In this document: in pieces, positions 12,476-26,874 of the stretch
Layout: each line of letters begins with the position of its first letter
Position numbering within the stretch: position 1 is the stretch's first letter
Origin: Camelus ferus
Lineage: Eukaryota
NCBI RefSeq assembly: GCF_009834535.1
Contig: NC_045697.1
Location: forward strand, 9,116,001-9,180,000
Length of the DNA stretch: 64,000 bases
Direction of reading: 5' to 3'
The notes under the pieces: model-generated
Database searches by the model: none
What the model was told of the DNA's origin: nothing
The model's input: the letters and a program-made list of their open reading frames with translations, nothing else
Position numbers and translations under genes: made by a program

Positions 12476-15400
12476 GCCCCTAGAATGCTGCATGGTACCT
12501 GGTGGGCCTTAAAGATATGTTTGTTGAGGGGGTGAGCGATACAGCAGTATAAATCAGTGTCGTTCCAGAGAAATCAACTGAGCAGTGTAGAGGCATAAAT
12601 GATGTGCACACTTACAGCTTTATGTAGAGTGAATCAAAGGAAACTACACACATGACCTTTATCTTTTTAATTTGACTCAAGGCCTTAGAATAAGAAAGAA
12701 GGAGCAGACACCTTTTCTTTCCCATTGTCCTTTGCTGCTGTTAAGGGCTGGTCCTCCCGCCACCCACCACGTGCCAACACTGAGCTAAGATCATGCCTCC
12801 CCTGCTGCCCTTGGGTTTCTGATCTGTGCATTTGCAATCAGCTGCTCAAAGCAGTTCGCTTTTTTGAAACCTCTTTTCCTCTCCCAGGCCCTATTAAACT
12901 TCTGGAAGCATAAAAGCAGCTAAACCATTACCCGAATTGAACTTGAACTCCAAACCTCAGGAGACTCACCATCACCGAGCTGCAGGGCTCGCTGGGCTTC
13001 CAGCAGCAGCAGTTTTGTGAAGTCAGCACCATGTGCCCACGGGGCACCATATTTTATTTTTCAATCAAGCATGGCACCGTCAAGTATTGCTTAAATGGCT
13101 CGGTATCAGCACTTTTATTTTCCCAAGTAACTTATGAGCTTTTGTGCACGAAAATTTCCCTATGTGAAAATTTGTCAGTCTTCAGGCTTTTCCAAAGTCC
13201 TGCTTTTCTTGTTCTGAGTGACATCAGGAGCTTCCTCTAACCGGGATCCCGTGGGACCTGTTCTGTTGGCAGATTTTCAGCTTCACTTTATCTTTTACTG
13301 GTAAATGCACTGTTATGACTCAAGGTTGAAGCAGCCAGAATCAACCCTGGGAACACAGATTGGGGGTGGGCGGTGGTCTCAGGTGTTTGGTTAATAGTAT
13401 CTGGGGCTCCTGATTTGCAGGTTGGCAGTGCAATTCTGTGCTGCTTTCAGACTGAGCAGTCTGTGAAGTGTTGGCTGCTTGGGATCAGGTAAACATTTCC
13501 CTTCAGGTTGCCATTCTGCCTGGCTTTTCAAAAGGATGCTGCCTCTAGCAGAAAGTTTCTTATTTTTACCATGAACCCTTCAGCTGTAAGTTTTTTTTTA
13601 ATTTTTTTTTTTTTTATTTTTCAGGACCCTAATGTGCATGAAATAGCAGGTGCAGGGACCCAGACATTGAGACTTCACCTCCCTGAAGTGCAGCTGGTTC
13701 AGGACCAGCTTCTGGGTCCTGTGCTTCTGCATGAGCCTGATTCCGGCATCACCTGTCACAGCTGGGGAGACCCTGAACTTTGAGGTGCTTCCCATACATC
13801 CTGTGGGCTCGATTTTTGCTAGAGTAAGTATTATAGGTAACATCACCCAAATCATAGCATAGGAAGGAGAAAGGGGACCTCCCACGGCCACAGGCTTCAT
13901 CTGTCTATTTTCCTTCTAAACTAGGACCTGGAGTTTTGTTATCTATAAATTCAGCACCTGCGACAGCACGATCCCACCAAACCCCGGTCACTGTGTGTCT
14001 GAAGTCGGAGGAACTCAGAGTTTAAGCTCTAACCAAACCTTGCTGCTCAGATATGAGCACCAAGATCTTCAAGGAGGGCCAGATGAAGGCACTTTGTGAG
14101 CTGTTATTCCACATGCATAGCTGTTAACACATGTGAGTGGGTCATGAACTGTAAGAGACTGCACACACTTGAGACACTACTATTTAGATTTTTATCTAGG
14201 TTATTTTTACTTAAATGATTATGATATTATTTAGGTAGGTAGCATAATCATCTAAATAATAGGAATATACAAGATAAATAGGAAATAGGCTATTTAAATG
14301 TAAGAATTAGCCTTAATATTTTTTTTTCTGTTCCCCACTAAAAGCAGGCTAAACAGAGGTTTCCAGTTTTTATTTACCATATTTATTTAGTGTTCTTGGT
14401 ATATGTCACTGTTGTAGTTTTACCCTTGTTTCGGTATCTTTCATCCATAAGATTAAGTTCTATGAGGGCAGGGTTGATGTCTGATTTGTTCATTGCTCTG
14501 GCAGAGAGCAGGTGTTTAATATATATCTTCTGAATGAGTAGATGAGATGAACAGTGATTGTGTGCATTTGCCATAGAATCTACTCCTCTGGAGGTTTGTA
14601 AAGAATGACCTTGAAATATCAACCACTGTGATCCAAAAGGTGACAGCTTTAGTCTCCCTCAAAATGCCTTCAAATCTTAACAGTCAGTAAATGAGTCTTT
14701 TCTAAGATTTCTTGAACAGCTAAATGTTCAAAGCTCACCATACCTAGCACAGCATGAGGTATTTTCTCACCCACCCTTGGGAGGTAGTGTTTTAAAATAT
14801 GGGTTTTATCATTATTCAGGTGGGGTGAGGCCAACAGATCAGGAGACAAATATCACTGAAATGTCAGTTTGTTATTCAGTTCCCAAGAGAAGGGAACATC
14901 ACATGTAGGGCCGCATGGGGCAGCATCAGGGTCTGTCAGGAGGCAGGGGGACTGGGGAAAACCTGGGCGTATGTCCTTCTTGTGGTTTCTGTGGGAAGGA
15001 CCTGCCTGTGTGAATGATTTCAGGGCCTTCTGGAGCATGAAGCTGCCCCTCACTGTTTTGGGTTATTGGGGCAGGGAAATGGTGGCCTGGAGTGTAAGAC
15101 CCTGATAAAACTGATGCCCGGGGAAGGGCAGGGACTCTGGATTGATCAGTTTGCACATAAAAGGGACATTCCCACACGAGCTCTTTACTATCTCTAAGAA
15201 CTGCCTACCCTCAGACGGTGGTCCCTCCAGGACCAGCCCCAAGGTATCAAAGCATCAGAAACATAGAAAATAAAAAGACATGACTAGGACACAGAGAAGG
15301 TGCTTCTTTACATTTTTCTGTCAAGGCAAATGTGTTCCTAGAAGTTAATTGGCTTGATGAGATTTGGATAGTGGGGGGAAAAGTGGAATTCAGACTGGCA

Positions 15401-15484
15401 GACTTTATAATCCACTGGGGGCTGTCTCTGTCAGCAACAGTTGTCCTCTTTGTATCAAGGACACTTCTTGCCCATGAACTAGTC

Positions 15485-15958
15485 TACTCGGGACACTCTA
15501 GTAGCAGGAGAGAGAACCTGGACTTGAATTGGTTGAAACAAATAGGGCTGTTTATTGACCTCTGTTGTAGGAAGGGCAGGACTGTGGGTGTAGACAGTGG
15601 TAATAAAAGCTGGCTCTACTACTCACTTTTGCTTCTCACTGCATCTGGCTTCAATCTTTCCTCTTTTTCTTCCAGGGACTGCCTTTCTCTGTAAGGCTGG
15701 GATCACAACTTCTAGTTTCTTACATCGTCTGCACTTGAGAGGAGAGAATCTTCCCTGGTCACGGAAGGGCAGTGATTGGCCTGGTTTGTGACTACTCCAT
15801 GGGTGATTTCTTGTTCCCCAGAAGTAAGGTACTATTATTGCCTAACCTTGGGTCATGTGTTCATTTAGATGTGGAAGAGGGGAGGGAAGGAAGGTCCCTC
15901 ATCAGAATAAGTAAGTAAGGGGGTGGTGGCCAGACTAACATGCTAAATGTCCACCACA
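15485..15958 (-). mobile_element. Old MaLR LTR (MLT1K/L-like)
   Basis: Contains gattggcctgg and cttgggtcatgtg and ends aaatgtccaccaca. Confidence 0.5.
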
Positions 15959-17124
15959 GTAAGATTTGGTACAATTCCAAGTGTGAGTCTCAGATTTTCA
16001 CTATTATCAAAATCTTGGATGATTTATTGGTTAATCTGGGGCAAATTAACCAGAGCAAATCCCAGGTACATTCCAGCAGTCATAAAATGGATGGAAGAAA
16101 ATAAAAAAAAATAATAATCCCTTTCATCAAAGAATAGAAAAGTAGGTTTAAAAAGATCATCACAGTTGTGAGTGGAGGCTGAATTCTGTTTCAAATAAAC
16201 ATGAAAGGCAAAAGAGCGTAAGAAGTCTGCAGCTCTAACAAACACATTTCTGTGACCAACGCAACCCCTGACAGTCTGGATTTTGGGAAACCAAATTGAA
16301 CTTCACAGACTCATAAAGTGCTCTGAACAGGAAGAATCAAGCTTCTGTGACTATGTCCAGAAGTTGGACAGTACAGGACAGGGCAAACTATTTTCCTCTG
16401 CCAACTGTAGACTCCTCAGTCTTGGTGTTTCCTGGGAGTTAAAATAACTTTCTGCATTTGTGGGCAATCAGGACAGATGCAATCTTTGCCTGATTTGGCA
16501 TCAAAGAGTCACCCACTTAGCAGGGTGAAAAGCACATTAAGTGTATTGTCCTTCTCTGTCTCTATCAAAGATAAGTGATTGCCTCATATAGTACATACTT
16601 CCCATCCTCTCCCAAAGCCACCTGTGATTTGCCTTAGTGGCTTAAGTCTGAGTCTTCATAAGACAAGCTTGTTGTAAGTTTGGAACTCAGAGCCATGGTA
16701 GGCTACGCATAGAAGCTCCTCATGTAGGGTCCTCATTCTCCTGAGCATCAGTAAAGGCATCCATGAAGGTTTGCTGACTAAATGCATCAATGAGTCTTTC
16801 AGAAATCAGATATTAGCTAGCACCAAAGTCAAAATGGTCAATGCACATAATAGTTGCCTCAGTTTACAGTTGGAATTGCAGAAATTTCCAGGACTGGGTA
16901 GTTTTCAAGCAGAACAAAATTTCTGAAGGGCGGTGACATGGGCTATTAGTTGATACAAATAATACTTAAGAAATTAGATATTATTATATTACTACCTAGA
17001 ATACACATTTTGTGTGATAAGAAAAGTCTTTCAAAATATGAATCTCACTGTGGGATTAATTTTTGAAAAAGCATCTGATAGAAATATATTTGAAACTATT
17101 AATGAAAGCTGTGGGCCCAGGCTG

Positions 17125-17200
17125 GTGATTAGGTGATGGTTATGGTGATGGTGATGGTGATGGTGATGGTGATGTAGGTGGTGGTGATGGTGGAAGTGGT
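17125..17200. repeat. (GGTGAT)n simple repeat
   Basis: Tandem ggtgat units. Confidence 0.9.
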
Positions 17201-18393
17201 GTATGTTTAGGGTTCAGCACAATTAGAAACACTGTGCTTTTGTGGGAGAAGCAGAGATGGTTTTTGTTGCATTGAATCCTTGAGGTCAGATAGTGAGAGC
17301 AAGATGGGAAAGGCTTTGTGAAAATATTATTGGGTTCTGTGCAGAAAAGAGTACTAGAACTGAACTCCTCTCCCCAGTGAAATCCTGAGAACCCAGCTAG
17401 AGAAGAGCATGAAAAAACCAGCTGTGTTTTTCCTGAAGGATCATAGAGTTACCTAAAATCCAACTTAGGCTAAGCTTCAGAAATTCATCACATTCAATTC
17501 ACTCATTTTCCAGAGGAGAAATCTGAAATTTGGGGTGGAGGGGTTGGGGATCCACCTATGATCGAGTGCTTGTAGCGCAAGTGAGGAGCAAACCTGTGAG
17601 ACTTCTGGGTGACATCCTTGTCATCTTTACCATCACACACTTAGGGAGAGTTACCTTTTTCTGAAATAATTTAAATGCTTGTCTGAGTTTGTTCTTTTTG
17701 ACTGTAAATGACAAAAAGGGTCAAAGAATGGAAGTTACAAAAGCTAAAATCCAGTGTATGAACATTTTTCTAAGCATCAGATCTGTACAAAGATGAAGTG
17801 GATCAGCAGGTCACTGATTAAAATGTAGTCAGCACAGTTTTGGGGAGGTGATGAGCCCTCTCCCATGGCAAGGATTTGAGAAGAGCGCCATCACTTGTGG
17901 GAAAATCAGGGAAGTTTCTGCAGCATCATCTCAGTAGGTGACTGGGAGAGATATGAGAACCACAGAATCGAGTGAGATTTGGCAAGTTGGTCAACTCATG
18001 GTACAGGGACTAGACCATCTTCTGCCTTCCTTCTTCTCTAAACACCCTTTTGTGATGATCCTACTCATCGTCAGGATTCATAGAACCCTGTGACAATTCT
18101 CAATGATAACACCTACCCCAATGGGTTAGTGCAGAATACCCAGGAGGAATGTGTTCTTGAAACCTTTACATAGTCCAAATCCAACTTCATTCAAGACTAC
18201 TCCTGGCCAAGAATGACAGCCATTAAAAAGTCAGTAGACAGTCATTATTGGATACTGTCTTTATCAGCTGGCTTTTCTTTGGCCATCAAGTAATGGAACA
18301 TAACTACTTCGTAAAGAGGCACTGTGATATAGTGAAAACACATGGGCTTTGGAATCAGCCAAAATGCATTTCAAGTCTTCTCTCCAACATGTA

Positions 18394-18848
18394 CTGGCAT
18401 ACCTCAGAAGTATGTGGGTTTAGTTCCAGGCCAAAGCAATAAAGTGGCTATTTCAGTAAAGCAAGTTACACAAATTTTCTGATTTCCCAGTGCATATAAA
18501 AGTTATGTTTACACTATGCTGTAGTCTTTTGAGTCTGCCATAACATTATGTCTATAAAAACCAATATACATTCCTTAACTAAAAACACTTCATTTTAAAA
18601 CAAAGCCAGAACAATTATAATAATAACACCAAGATCTCTGGTCACAGATCACCATAACAAATATAATAGGAAAACAGTTTGAAATATTGCAAAAATTACC
18701 AAAATGTACACGAAATCAAGAAGGGAGCAGGTGCTGTTGGAAAAATGACACTGGTAGACTTGCTTGATGCAGGGTTATCACAAACTTTTAATTTTGTAAA
18801 AAATGCGATCTGCAGTAAAGTGAAGCTCAATAAAACAAAGTATGCCTG
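18394..18848 (-). mobile_element. Internally deleted Tigger1 (TcMar) DNA transposon inserted in a MIR
   Basis: TIRs ctggcatacct...gtatgcctg with a TA dinucleotide on each side (18392-93, 18849-50). Both Tigger1 end regions are present in only 455 bp. Confidence 0.88.
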
Positions 18849-21644
18849 TAATAGCTCAGTGGCCCAAGGAGAAGAGCTTAACTTTATCAGTCCTCTGTCT
18901 TTTCATATGTGTGTTGGAGCAGTAAGATACGTCTCAGAAGGGTGCTTTGAGGATTTAGCAAGATGGTAGCCAATGTGCCCAACCCAGAACCAGACCTCTG
19001 GGATTGGTGCCTTTTTGCCGTTATTGAACAGCTCTGATTTTAAAAATTTTTTTTTGCGGGGGGGATCCTGTTGAGTAGTATATGTTACTTAACTTTCACT
19101 TCTACCAAAAATCCTGGATACAACGCTTTTGTTTTCCCCCACAATGCACTAGAGCTGACATTTTGCCTCAAGCTCCCATATAGAATCTTTGAGTCAGTGT
19201 GGTGTAACAACTAATATTTGACCATGCCTGAGAATTAACAGTGAAGCCCTATTACTTTGTATTTCTAGTGGTGACAGGTACTTAATAAATACAAAGGAGT
19301 GTTACATTCTATTACAGAGATGAACACCAGACTGTGGTACAAATGAATATCTTCTATATTGCCTTTCTTCAATTTGAAAATAGCAATGTGATGTATTATA
19401 AAAAGATCAATCATTTTGTCATTATGGTCTTCTTTGGCTCCAAACCAGTTTATTGGATTCCCTTAGTTTCAAGTAACAATAAAATAAATTGCCTCTTATA
19501 TTGAAAGGGAAAATACCGTGTTTGAGACAAGATTGAGATTTTATGACTAGGATAAAAATGAGCCCATTGCAAATACAGGTTTCTTATCAATAGGCCAATG
19601 ACTTATATGTGAATAAAATCTATTCCTCTTCCCTATATTGATACATTCCCCTTTGGGATTTGATCTTTGAGAATGAAGTCCCAGCATTTTAATTCAGATG
19701 TTCTTGGCATTTTAGAGTGAGATAGAGGAAAAAAAGATTATCTATTCTAGTATCACTGATTTATAGGTAGAGAAACTGAGGTCGATATTTACCCTTTACA
19801 AGCAAATTCCACGTACAAATCATTAAGCTCTAGAGTTTCTCCTGTAACTTGATCCAACAGTCACAGTGATAGACTCATGAAGTTTTAAAGTGAGTCTGCA
19901 GCTTGGTGATTATCTGGTCGTACTTACAGCTGAAGAAACAGAGAGGTAAATGATTCTTCAAGGTCACATGAAAATTTCTGCAGCTTTGGGGACGAGAGTC
20001 TGCTAGTCCAGGACTTTTCTAGGTTATCTCATTTCCTCCCCTCTGTGTGCTAAGCACTGTGCTATAGAATGTGGACAAATGCAGCAAAGAAATAAAATAT
20101 TGTCTTTCCCCTGAAGGAAGTTGCAATCTTAAGAGACAAGATGTCTTAGGAGACAAGATTGTCTCTAAGCACAGAAATATTGAAACAGATAACAATGTCC
20201 TGTGTTCTTTCCTCCCTCTGTTCTCCACTTAGACACTGTCTTCTGTGCCCTCAGAGACCTCTCCTCTCATCTCAGCAACAGACTTTATCTCACAGAATTG
20301 CTGTTGTTTTAACTTAACTGTAAGTTTAATTTAACTTTTTTATTATTTGTTTTCAGATCCGTGCCACTTGGCAAGTCAGTGCTTCATCCATGAACTTCAG
20401 AATTTTTCAACCCACAAACCTTAAGATTTAGAGCTGCTAAAAATACAGAAATATCAGAAATTCCAAACATTTTGAGGATAAAGAAATGAAGAAACAGCTT
20501 ACACAACTTGATAGGTTCTAGCATGTCTCTCTCACCCTGGCCTGTCCTCTGTCCTTTCCTTCTCTCTTAAATTAGCAATGACATTTTAATTAAAGAGTCT
20601 ATAAAAATCAGACTCACATATGAAGCCTGGGAATATTTAAAACTTGTAGAATAAAGACTGCAGTTTTACCCAGATGGAACTTCCCAGCTTATATGATTCA
20701 TTTGTGGGAGTCATATGTGAGAGCTGCTTGAGAAGAGGATCTTATAAGAAAATGATGAGTGAAGTCATTCTTTTCAGAGAATAAGAGGAGGTGGGGAACT
20801 GAGTTTGGGGATGGCCTGCCCTCTCACCTTCCCTGTGAGTGACCGCAGAGGGGCAAGGCCATGGTCAGTGACATTGGTGGGACTCATACCTCCCTGGGGG
20901 GGAAACAGGAGCCATTAGGTCAAATGCCAGCACCAGCTTATCCTTGTTTGGATAAACCATCAGTATTGGTCTTGAGTACATGTTAGCAAGACCTACCTAG
21001 GTTAGCAGTACCTCAGGCTGCAGGAACAGAAATGGCAGGAGAAAGAGCTGCCAGTTGGGGCCATCAGGAAGGGATGGCCCTTGGTACTCAGGGCTGCAGC
21101 AGGACACTAACAAGACCCACCAAAAAGAGCATCTAGACAGAGAGAAAGGCAGAGAACAGGTGGGAGGGGGCAGCAGCATTAGTCCCAAAGATTTTGCTGC
21201 AGAGGTTGAGGAAGGACTTGGAGTGGAATGTATGTTTATCACCTTCGTGGTTGTCACCCACTCCCTTGACCCTCTCCCCAAGCTTAGTATCTAGGAAACT
21301 CAAGAGTTCTGGAGGAGGGAAAGGAGCCAGGAAAGAAGATGAGACAGAAAGAAGGGTAGGTAGATGATTATGCAGAACTGCTGACTTGCAGAACACATGA
21401 CCCACCCAAACAAAAACAGCAACAGAATGTGTTACGCATCTCTTTGTTCTCAGCACCATGCTGGACACAGGGGGCACAGACACAGTGGCACAAAAACACA
21501 CACATCTGTGAACACCTTTATCTTAGCTCAAATGTCATATTATAATTGCCTATGGCCCATTTTTCAAAAGAGACTGAGTTCTTCTAAGGCACGGCCCTGC
21601 CCTTTGCTTTTCTGTGTCTGCAATGCCTAGTTCAGTCTTTGCAG

Positions 21645-21745
21645 TAGAATGACCACATAGCTTACTGTGCAAACGGAGATGCTTTTGAGAGGGAAATGGG
21701 TGCTATTAATAATTATACCTGGACAATAGGCCTAAACTGGGACTG
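21645..21745. mobile_element. hAT MITE fragment, MER81-like
   Basis: cttttgagagggaaatgggtgctattaataattatacctggacaataggcctaaactgggactg resembles MER81. Confidence 0.65.
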
Positions 21746-23139
21746 CAGAATGAAGAAGCGTTGGTCAGGAATGTATTTTCAAAGAATAAATAAATGCACC
21801 TTGGGCAATTCTTTGAGCTCAAGGTAGACCTTAAAACAGTCACTGAGCTAGCCAGCTGGCAGTTGATGGCTAAGGGCATTTTGACTCCTTAATTTCATAC
21901 CAGTTGGGACACCTTATCACTGCATTATTGGGTTGTGACTGTGCAGAAGCCCAAAGAAAGACAGATGTGTGCTAGACCAGCCATTCCATAGCCATCTAGA
22001 GACTGACAAAAGTGGCTCTCCATCTCAGGAGGAGCATGATGAAAGGGTCTGTTGGCAGGGAACTTTCTTGGCATCTTGGGACCTTCAGGGGTGGATGTGT
22101 ACACTGACCTCACATCAGAATAACTGTAGAAAAAAAGTAAGTGAAACAAAACAAAGAAGAAAAGGAAGCCAGACAAGGAAAATGAGAGGGGATGAATATC
22201 CCTGCTGGAGATAATGACTAATTTAAGCAGGGTAGGAGACAAATTTGCCAGTTCCTTTTGCACGACTTCAGAGCTTTTTGATGACAGCCCAGCAAGCAAC
22301 TTGGCACTGTCAGAAGAGACCTGGGAGAGAAAGGGAGAGCACTAAGAAACTGGAACCAAAATATCACTGCTGAGGGCCTGGAGGTACATTCTGGAATTTT
22401 CTACCCTAGAGCTTAAGAAGGAGATAAGAAAACACTTTAAAGGAGAATAAATTTCTCCCCCATCTTCACCCATTTTTACTGGAGGCAAAAAAAGAAAGGA
22501 GTGAATATTCACATTTGGCTGGCATTCTTCCTATGTAAAAGAATTAGTAAGAAAAATCAAAAGCAATTTTTCAGAGTCTGGTCACGGTCGCACCATCTCA
22601 GTATAAAATGAAGGTGCCCACTGATGTCAGAAAACCTCACTTTTTGTAGCACAGGTTTGGCCCTTTCTCCAAGCTTCTCCTTGCTATCAACAGAACTAAG
22701 AGCCTGTAGTCACTGGGGTCGCCCTCTGTGCCTTCAGCATTTCAAACAGCAACTGTGAAGTAGTCAGGTGAGAGTTTCAAAGAAAGGGGCCCTCATTCAT
22801 TGCCAGTCGAAAGAAAAGATGAGGGGGAGGTTTCTATCCTTTAAAGCAGCTGTGCCCTGCTCTGACTTGTGGACTGGACACCAGGGGTGAGGTCATAGGA
22901 GTACAGTTTCATTTCCCTGAGCAGCACGGTGCTTTGCACCTGCAGAGAGTGGAGGTGGATGCATCTTGTTCTCAAGCCCTTTTCCCTTGATTGCCTTCCC
23001 TTCTGCTCTCTGCTTGGTTAAATATTTGATCTTGCAGCCCTTTGAGGACCAGCACACGTGCTTCTTTTCCTCCCCTCCCATGCTATTCGCCTGTGCACGG
23101 TGTGTACAGCCTTGGGTTGCTAAGCAGCTCTGCTGTGAG

Positions 23140-23600
23140 GATGTGTGTGCGTTACATGAGTGTGTTATACATGTGATATGTGTGCATGCGTCTACGTGTG
23201 GTGCATTCATGATGCATTCAGTGTGCATGTGTACATGTGTGTACATGTGGTGAGTATTTATGTGTGTTGAACAAGTGCACGTGTGTGTTTTGTGCACCTT
23301 GTGTATGTTGTGTATGATATGAATGTGTTGTATTTTTCTATGTGTTCTATGTGTGTTGTGTGTTTTATGTGTGTGCTTTGTGTGCACACATGTGTGATCT
23401 ATGCATGCACATGTGGATATCATGTATACTTTCTGTAGTGTGTGGCTAGTTAGGTCCCTATTGTATGTTTACACGTGCCATATGTTTGTTTTATGCATGT
23501 TGTGTGTATGATGTGCATGTGGTATGTTGTAGAAGTGTTTTGTGCATGTTGTGTGGATTTCGTGTGTGCTGTAGCGTGTGCTCTGTGTGTACACATGTAT
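23140..23600. repeat. Degenerate TG/TGCA-rich low-complexity tract
   Basis: About 460 bp of imperfect tgtg/tgca/atgt units. Confidence 0.9.
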
Positions 23601-26444
23601 CATCAAGACTGTGGGAAATCCCTTTCTTACGTTAATCTCCTGTGCAGGGTGTGCTCTAGTTTAACTGCTTCTCTTCAGTTTTGGGGGCTTTATAGAACCA
23701 CTTTTCCCCAGATATCCCTGAGCAGTGCAGAAGATGGCAGAACTCTGAGGTTAATGCATGAATCACTGGTCCTCGGTCAACAACTGCTAGCTTTCTGTTA
23801 GCTTATCAGTCACTTCACATGCTCAAACTTCTACCTGGAGCCATCGTCCTCTCCCAGTTGTCTCTCCTCAGTCTTTACTTTCACACAGAGTTGTCTCACT
23901 TTCTCTGCATCCTCTGACTTCCTAGTCATCCCTAAAACTGCAGTGCTGCGTCCCTCCCCCGCCGTCATGACACCATGAAAACGGCCTCCCTGTGGTTAAT
24001 GAAGAGTTAACTGCCCAACCTATTGGACACTTATCAATCCTTGTATTAAAAAATTAAACAGTTGCAAGCATCATCAAACTTTTTCTCCTGTTCGAAATTC
24101 TCTTCTTGTCTGAATTCTGCAACAGCTTATTATCATGATATTCCTCCTGCTTCCCTAGATGCTTCTTAATCTTCTCCATCTCACCCTGTTCTTCAACTCA
24201 TTTTTAAAATGTTAGTTCCCAGCATTCCATTGTTGTCTTTATATTTCCATGTATTCATTTTCTCTGGCTGATCACATTCACACATCCAACCTCAGTTTCC
24301 TCATCATGGATGAGCCACAGTGTCTGGGCACAGGCAAGACCCCTTTTGTGTGCAGACCTGAAGTTCTGCCTCCCTCCTGGACAGAGCCAACCACAGGTAT
24401 CAGCAAGTACCTCCACCTCTCCTCTTTCATATCTGTCACTAGCAACATTGTACACACCACCTGGCCAGAAACCTGAGAGATTTCTTTACCTTTATTTAGG
24501 GGAGAATAATATTTTCCTTGAAGGACTTTTGTAGGAACAAAGTGGGATAAACAATACAAGTAAGTTTAACACATCACCTGGCTTTCATTAGGTATCCAGA
24601 AAATATTTCTTTCTTTCACCTGTGTTTAAAAATGTACCATGAAAATTCATGAAGTCAGACTATTTTCAGATGGGAGTTTTCAGATGCCACTTTAATAGAA
24701 AGTTAAATAAAGTTACAATATTTAACTAACAAAATAACAAGGACTATCTGTCTAGTATTAAACTGGTAATAAGGCACTTTTACAACTTCTCTACTCTTGA
24801 TGTTCAGAAATCTATGGGGTTGGAGGACAGGGATTGTTTTCTCAACTTTTCAGGCAAGGAAACTGTGCTTCTAGTAGATTCAATGAATCTTCCACAAATC
24901 ATCCAGCTAGTTAGCAGAAGAGCTGGCACTTCAACTTAATCCTTTCAATTCCGTGTTCTGTCTGCCACTTGTGACCTGACAAGGACAAGGTAGGTGGTGT
25001 CACATTGTCCAACTAGCCAGGTTGACAGATGACCAGGCAGTTATGAGCCCAGAGCAGGGATTGGTGGCTGACTTGGGAAGTCCTAATCACCACAAGAGTC
25101 TTTGATGAGGTTGAAGTTTATGACAGCTTTTAAGAAATGGGCATACATTTAGAAAGAAGAATAAAGGGGGACATGTGATCAGGTGGTATGACACACAGAA
25201 AGGGGCAGATGAAGAAATAGCCTCAGGAATGTGTATCTGCCAGACAGATTATGTTGATTATTTTGCACACCTCTGAATTATCATGCATGGGAGAGTGGCT
25301 AGAATGTAGTCCAGGTGCCCGACAACTCAACACAACCTGCTAAGCACACATTTTAGAGTTTGTGAAGTGAAATCATATGCATGTTTTGATGTGGGCCTTC
25401 AAAACCACTCTCTGATATTTGAATCATTATTAGTATTATTATTCCTCTTCTACAGGTCAAGAAAGTGTAAGGGTCAGAGTGGAGGATTTGGTCAGGCTCC
25501 AAGGTCAACTAGCAGAAGGACAAAGACATAAATCTAGGACTGTTGACCTGAAATCTTTTAAACTTGTTTACAGCACTACACCTGGTTTTAGTCCTGTTCT
25601 CTCAACCTGGACAAAACCTGAACTCAATCCTCTTTCACCAGTGTAGATAATTACCATCCTACCTACCCATGGCACTCTTTGTGAAATTTATATTAACAAC
25701 CCAAATGGAAGCCCACTGAAAAATCCAATATACCAGGCTATAAAAAATTGGTATGAGTTTCCATTTCTGCTGCCTTTCTGCTCCATGACTCTCAGTCTTA
25801 ACTCGTGGGGCACCATCTTTCTCTGCTGGCCAAATGAATGATCTGAGCTTGCTTCAGCCGTCAGCACAGTGTGTCCTGATTCTTGCACGGGAGGCTCCGG
25901 CTAATTACGGTGCTGTTGTTGGATCAGAAATGTCAGAATGTCAGTGTGGGAAGTCAGATCTCATGGGTCAAGCTCTTCTTTTTGCAGGGGAGGGTAGGCA
26001 GGTTGGCAGTGGTGAAATGCAACAGGCCCAAGGTCACACAGATCGTTAATGGAAAAGCAATTTCTAATAAACCATCTGTGTTTTTCTTTTCTAGACCTTT
26101 AGCCTCTATTTAGGACTTTCCTGTCCACATCACTGTATTCAAACAAAGGGGGGAAAAAGGATACTCAGACCCCTTGTTTTAAACTCCTTTAACTTTCTGT
26201 CCTGTGGTCCAGGTCCAGGTCTAGGCAGGGGGTGGCAAGGAGGGAACACTGATTAATCATATCACCTCTTGGAAGAGTATGTTAGCTAAGGGTTTTTTGT
26301 TTGTTTGCTTGTTATTATCAACACTTTGGCAAATGTAATAGGCTTCTGGCTGCTTCCAAAAGAGGAGAAAAGTAAAAAGAGAAAAAAGAGAAAAGAGGTG
26401 GAAGATAAGATACTGATGGCATAAAGGAATATGTGGAAGTGATA

Positions 26445-26550
26445 ATAATAATAGTAACTAGTATTTGTTGAACACTGAGTGTGTGCCTAGGAGCATGCTT
26501 TACAACATCCTAGTTAATCCGTGAGAAAATTCTATGAGACAGTTATTATT
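26445..26550 (-). mobile_element. MIR, left half (continues at 30751-30870)
   Basis: ataataataatagtaactagtatttgttgaacact...tgtgcctagg...ctatgagacagttattatt. The right half carries gggatttgaacctgggc. Confidence 0.65.
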
Positions 26551-26874
26551 TGTTTTGTTTTGTTTTTTCAACATTTTTTTATTGAGTAATAGTCATTTTA
26601 CAATGTTATGTCAAATTCCAGTGTAGAGCACAATTTTTCAGTTATACATGAACAAGTATATATTTACATTTTTTTTCACTGTGAGCTACCACATAATCTT
26701 GTATATATTTCCCTGTGCTATACAGCATAATCTTGTTTATCTATTCTACAGTTTTGAAATCCCAGTCTATCTCTTCCCACCCCCTGCCCCCTTGGCAACC
26801 ACAAGTTTGTATTCTATGTCTGTGAGTCTATTTCTGTTTTGTATTTATGCTTTTTTTTTTTTTTTTTTTTTTTT

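Noticed and set aside
22893..23801. His/Thr-rich and Cys/Val-rich ORFs
   Set aside because: Translations of the TG-rich low-complexity tract.
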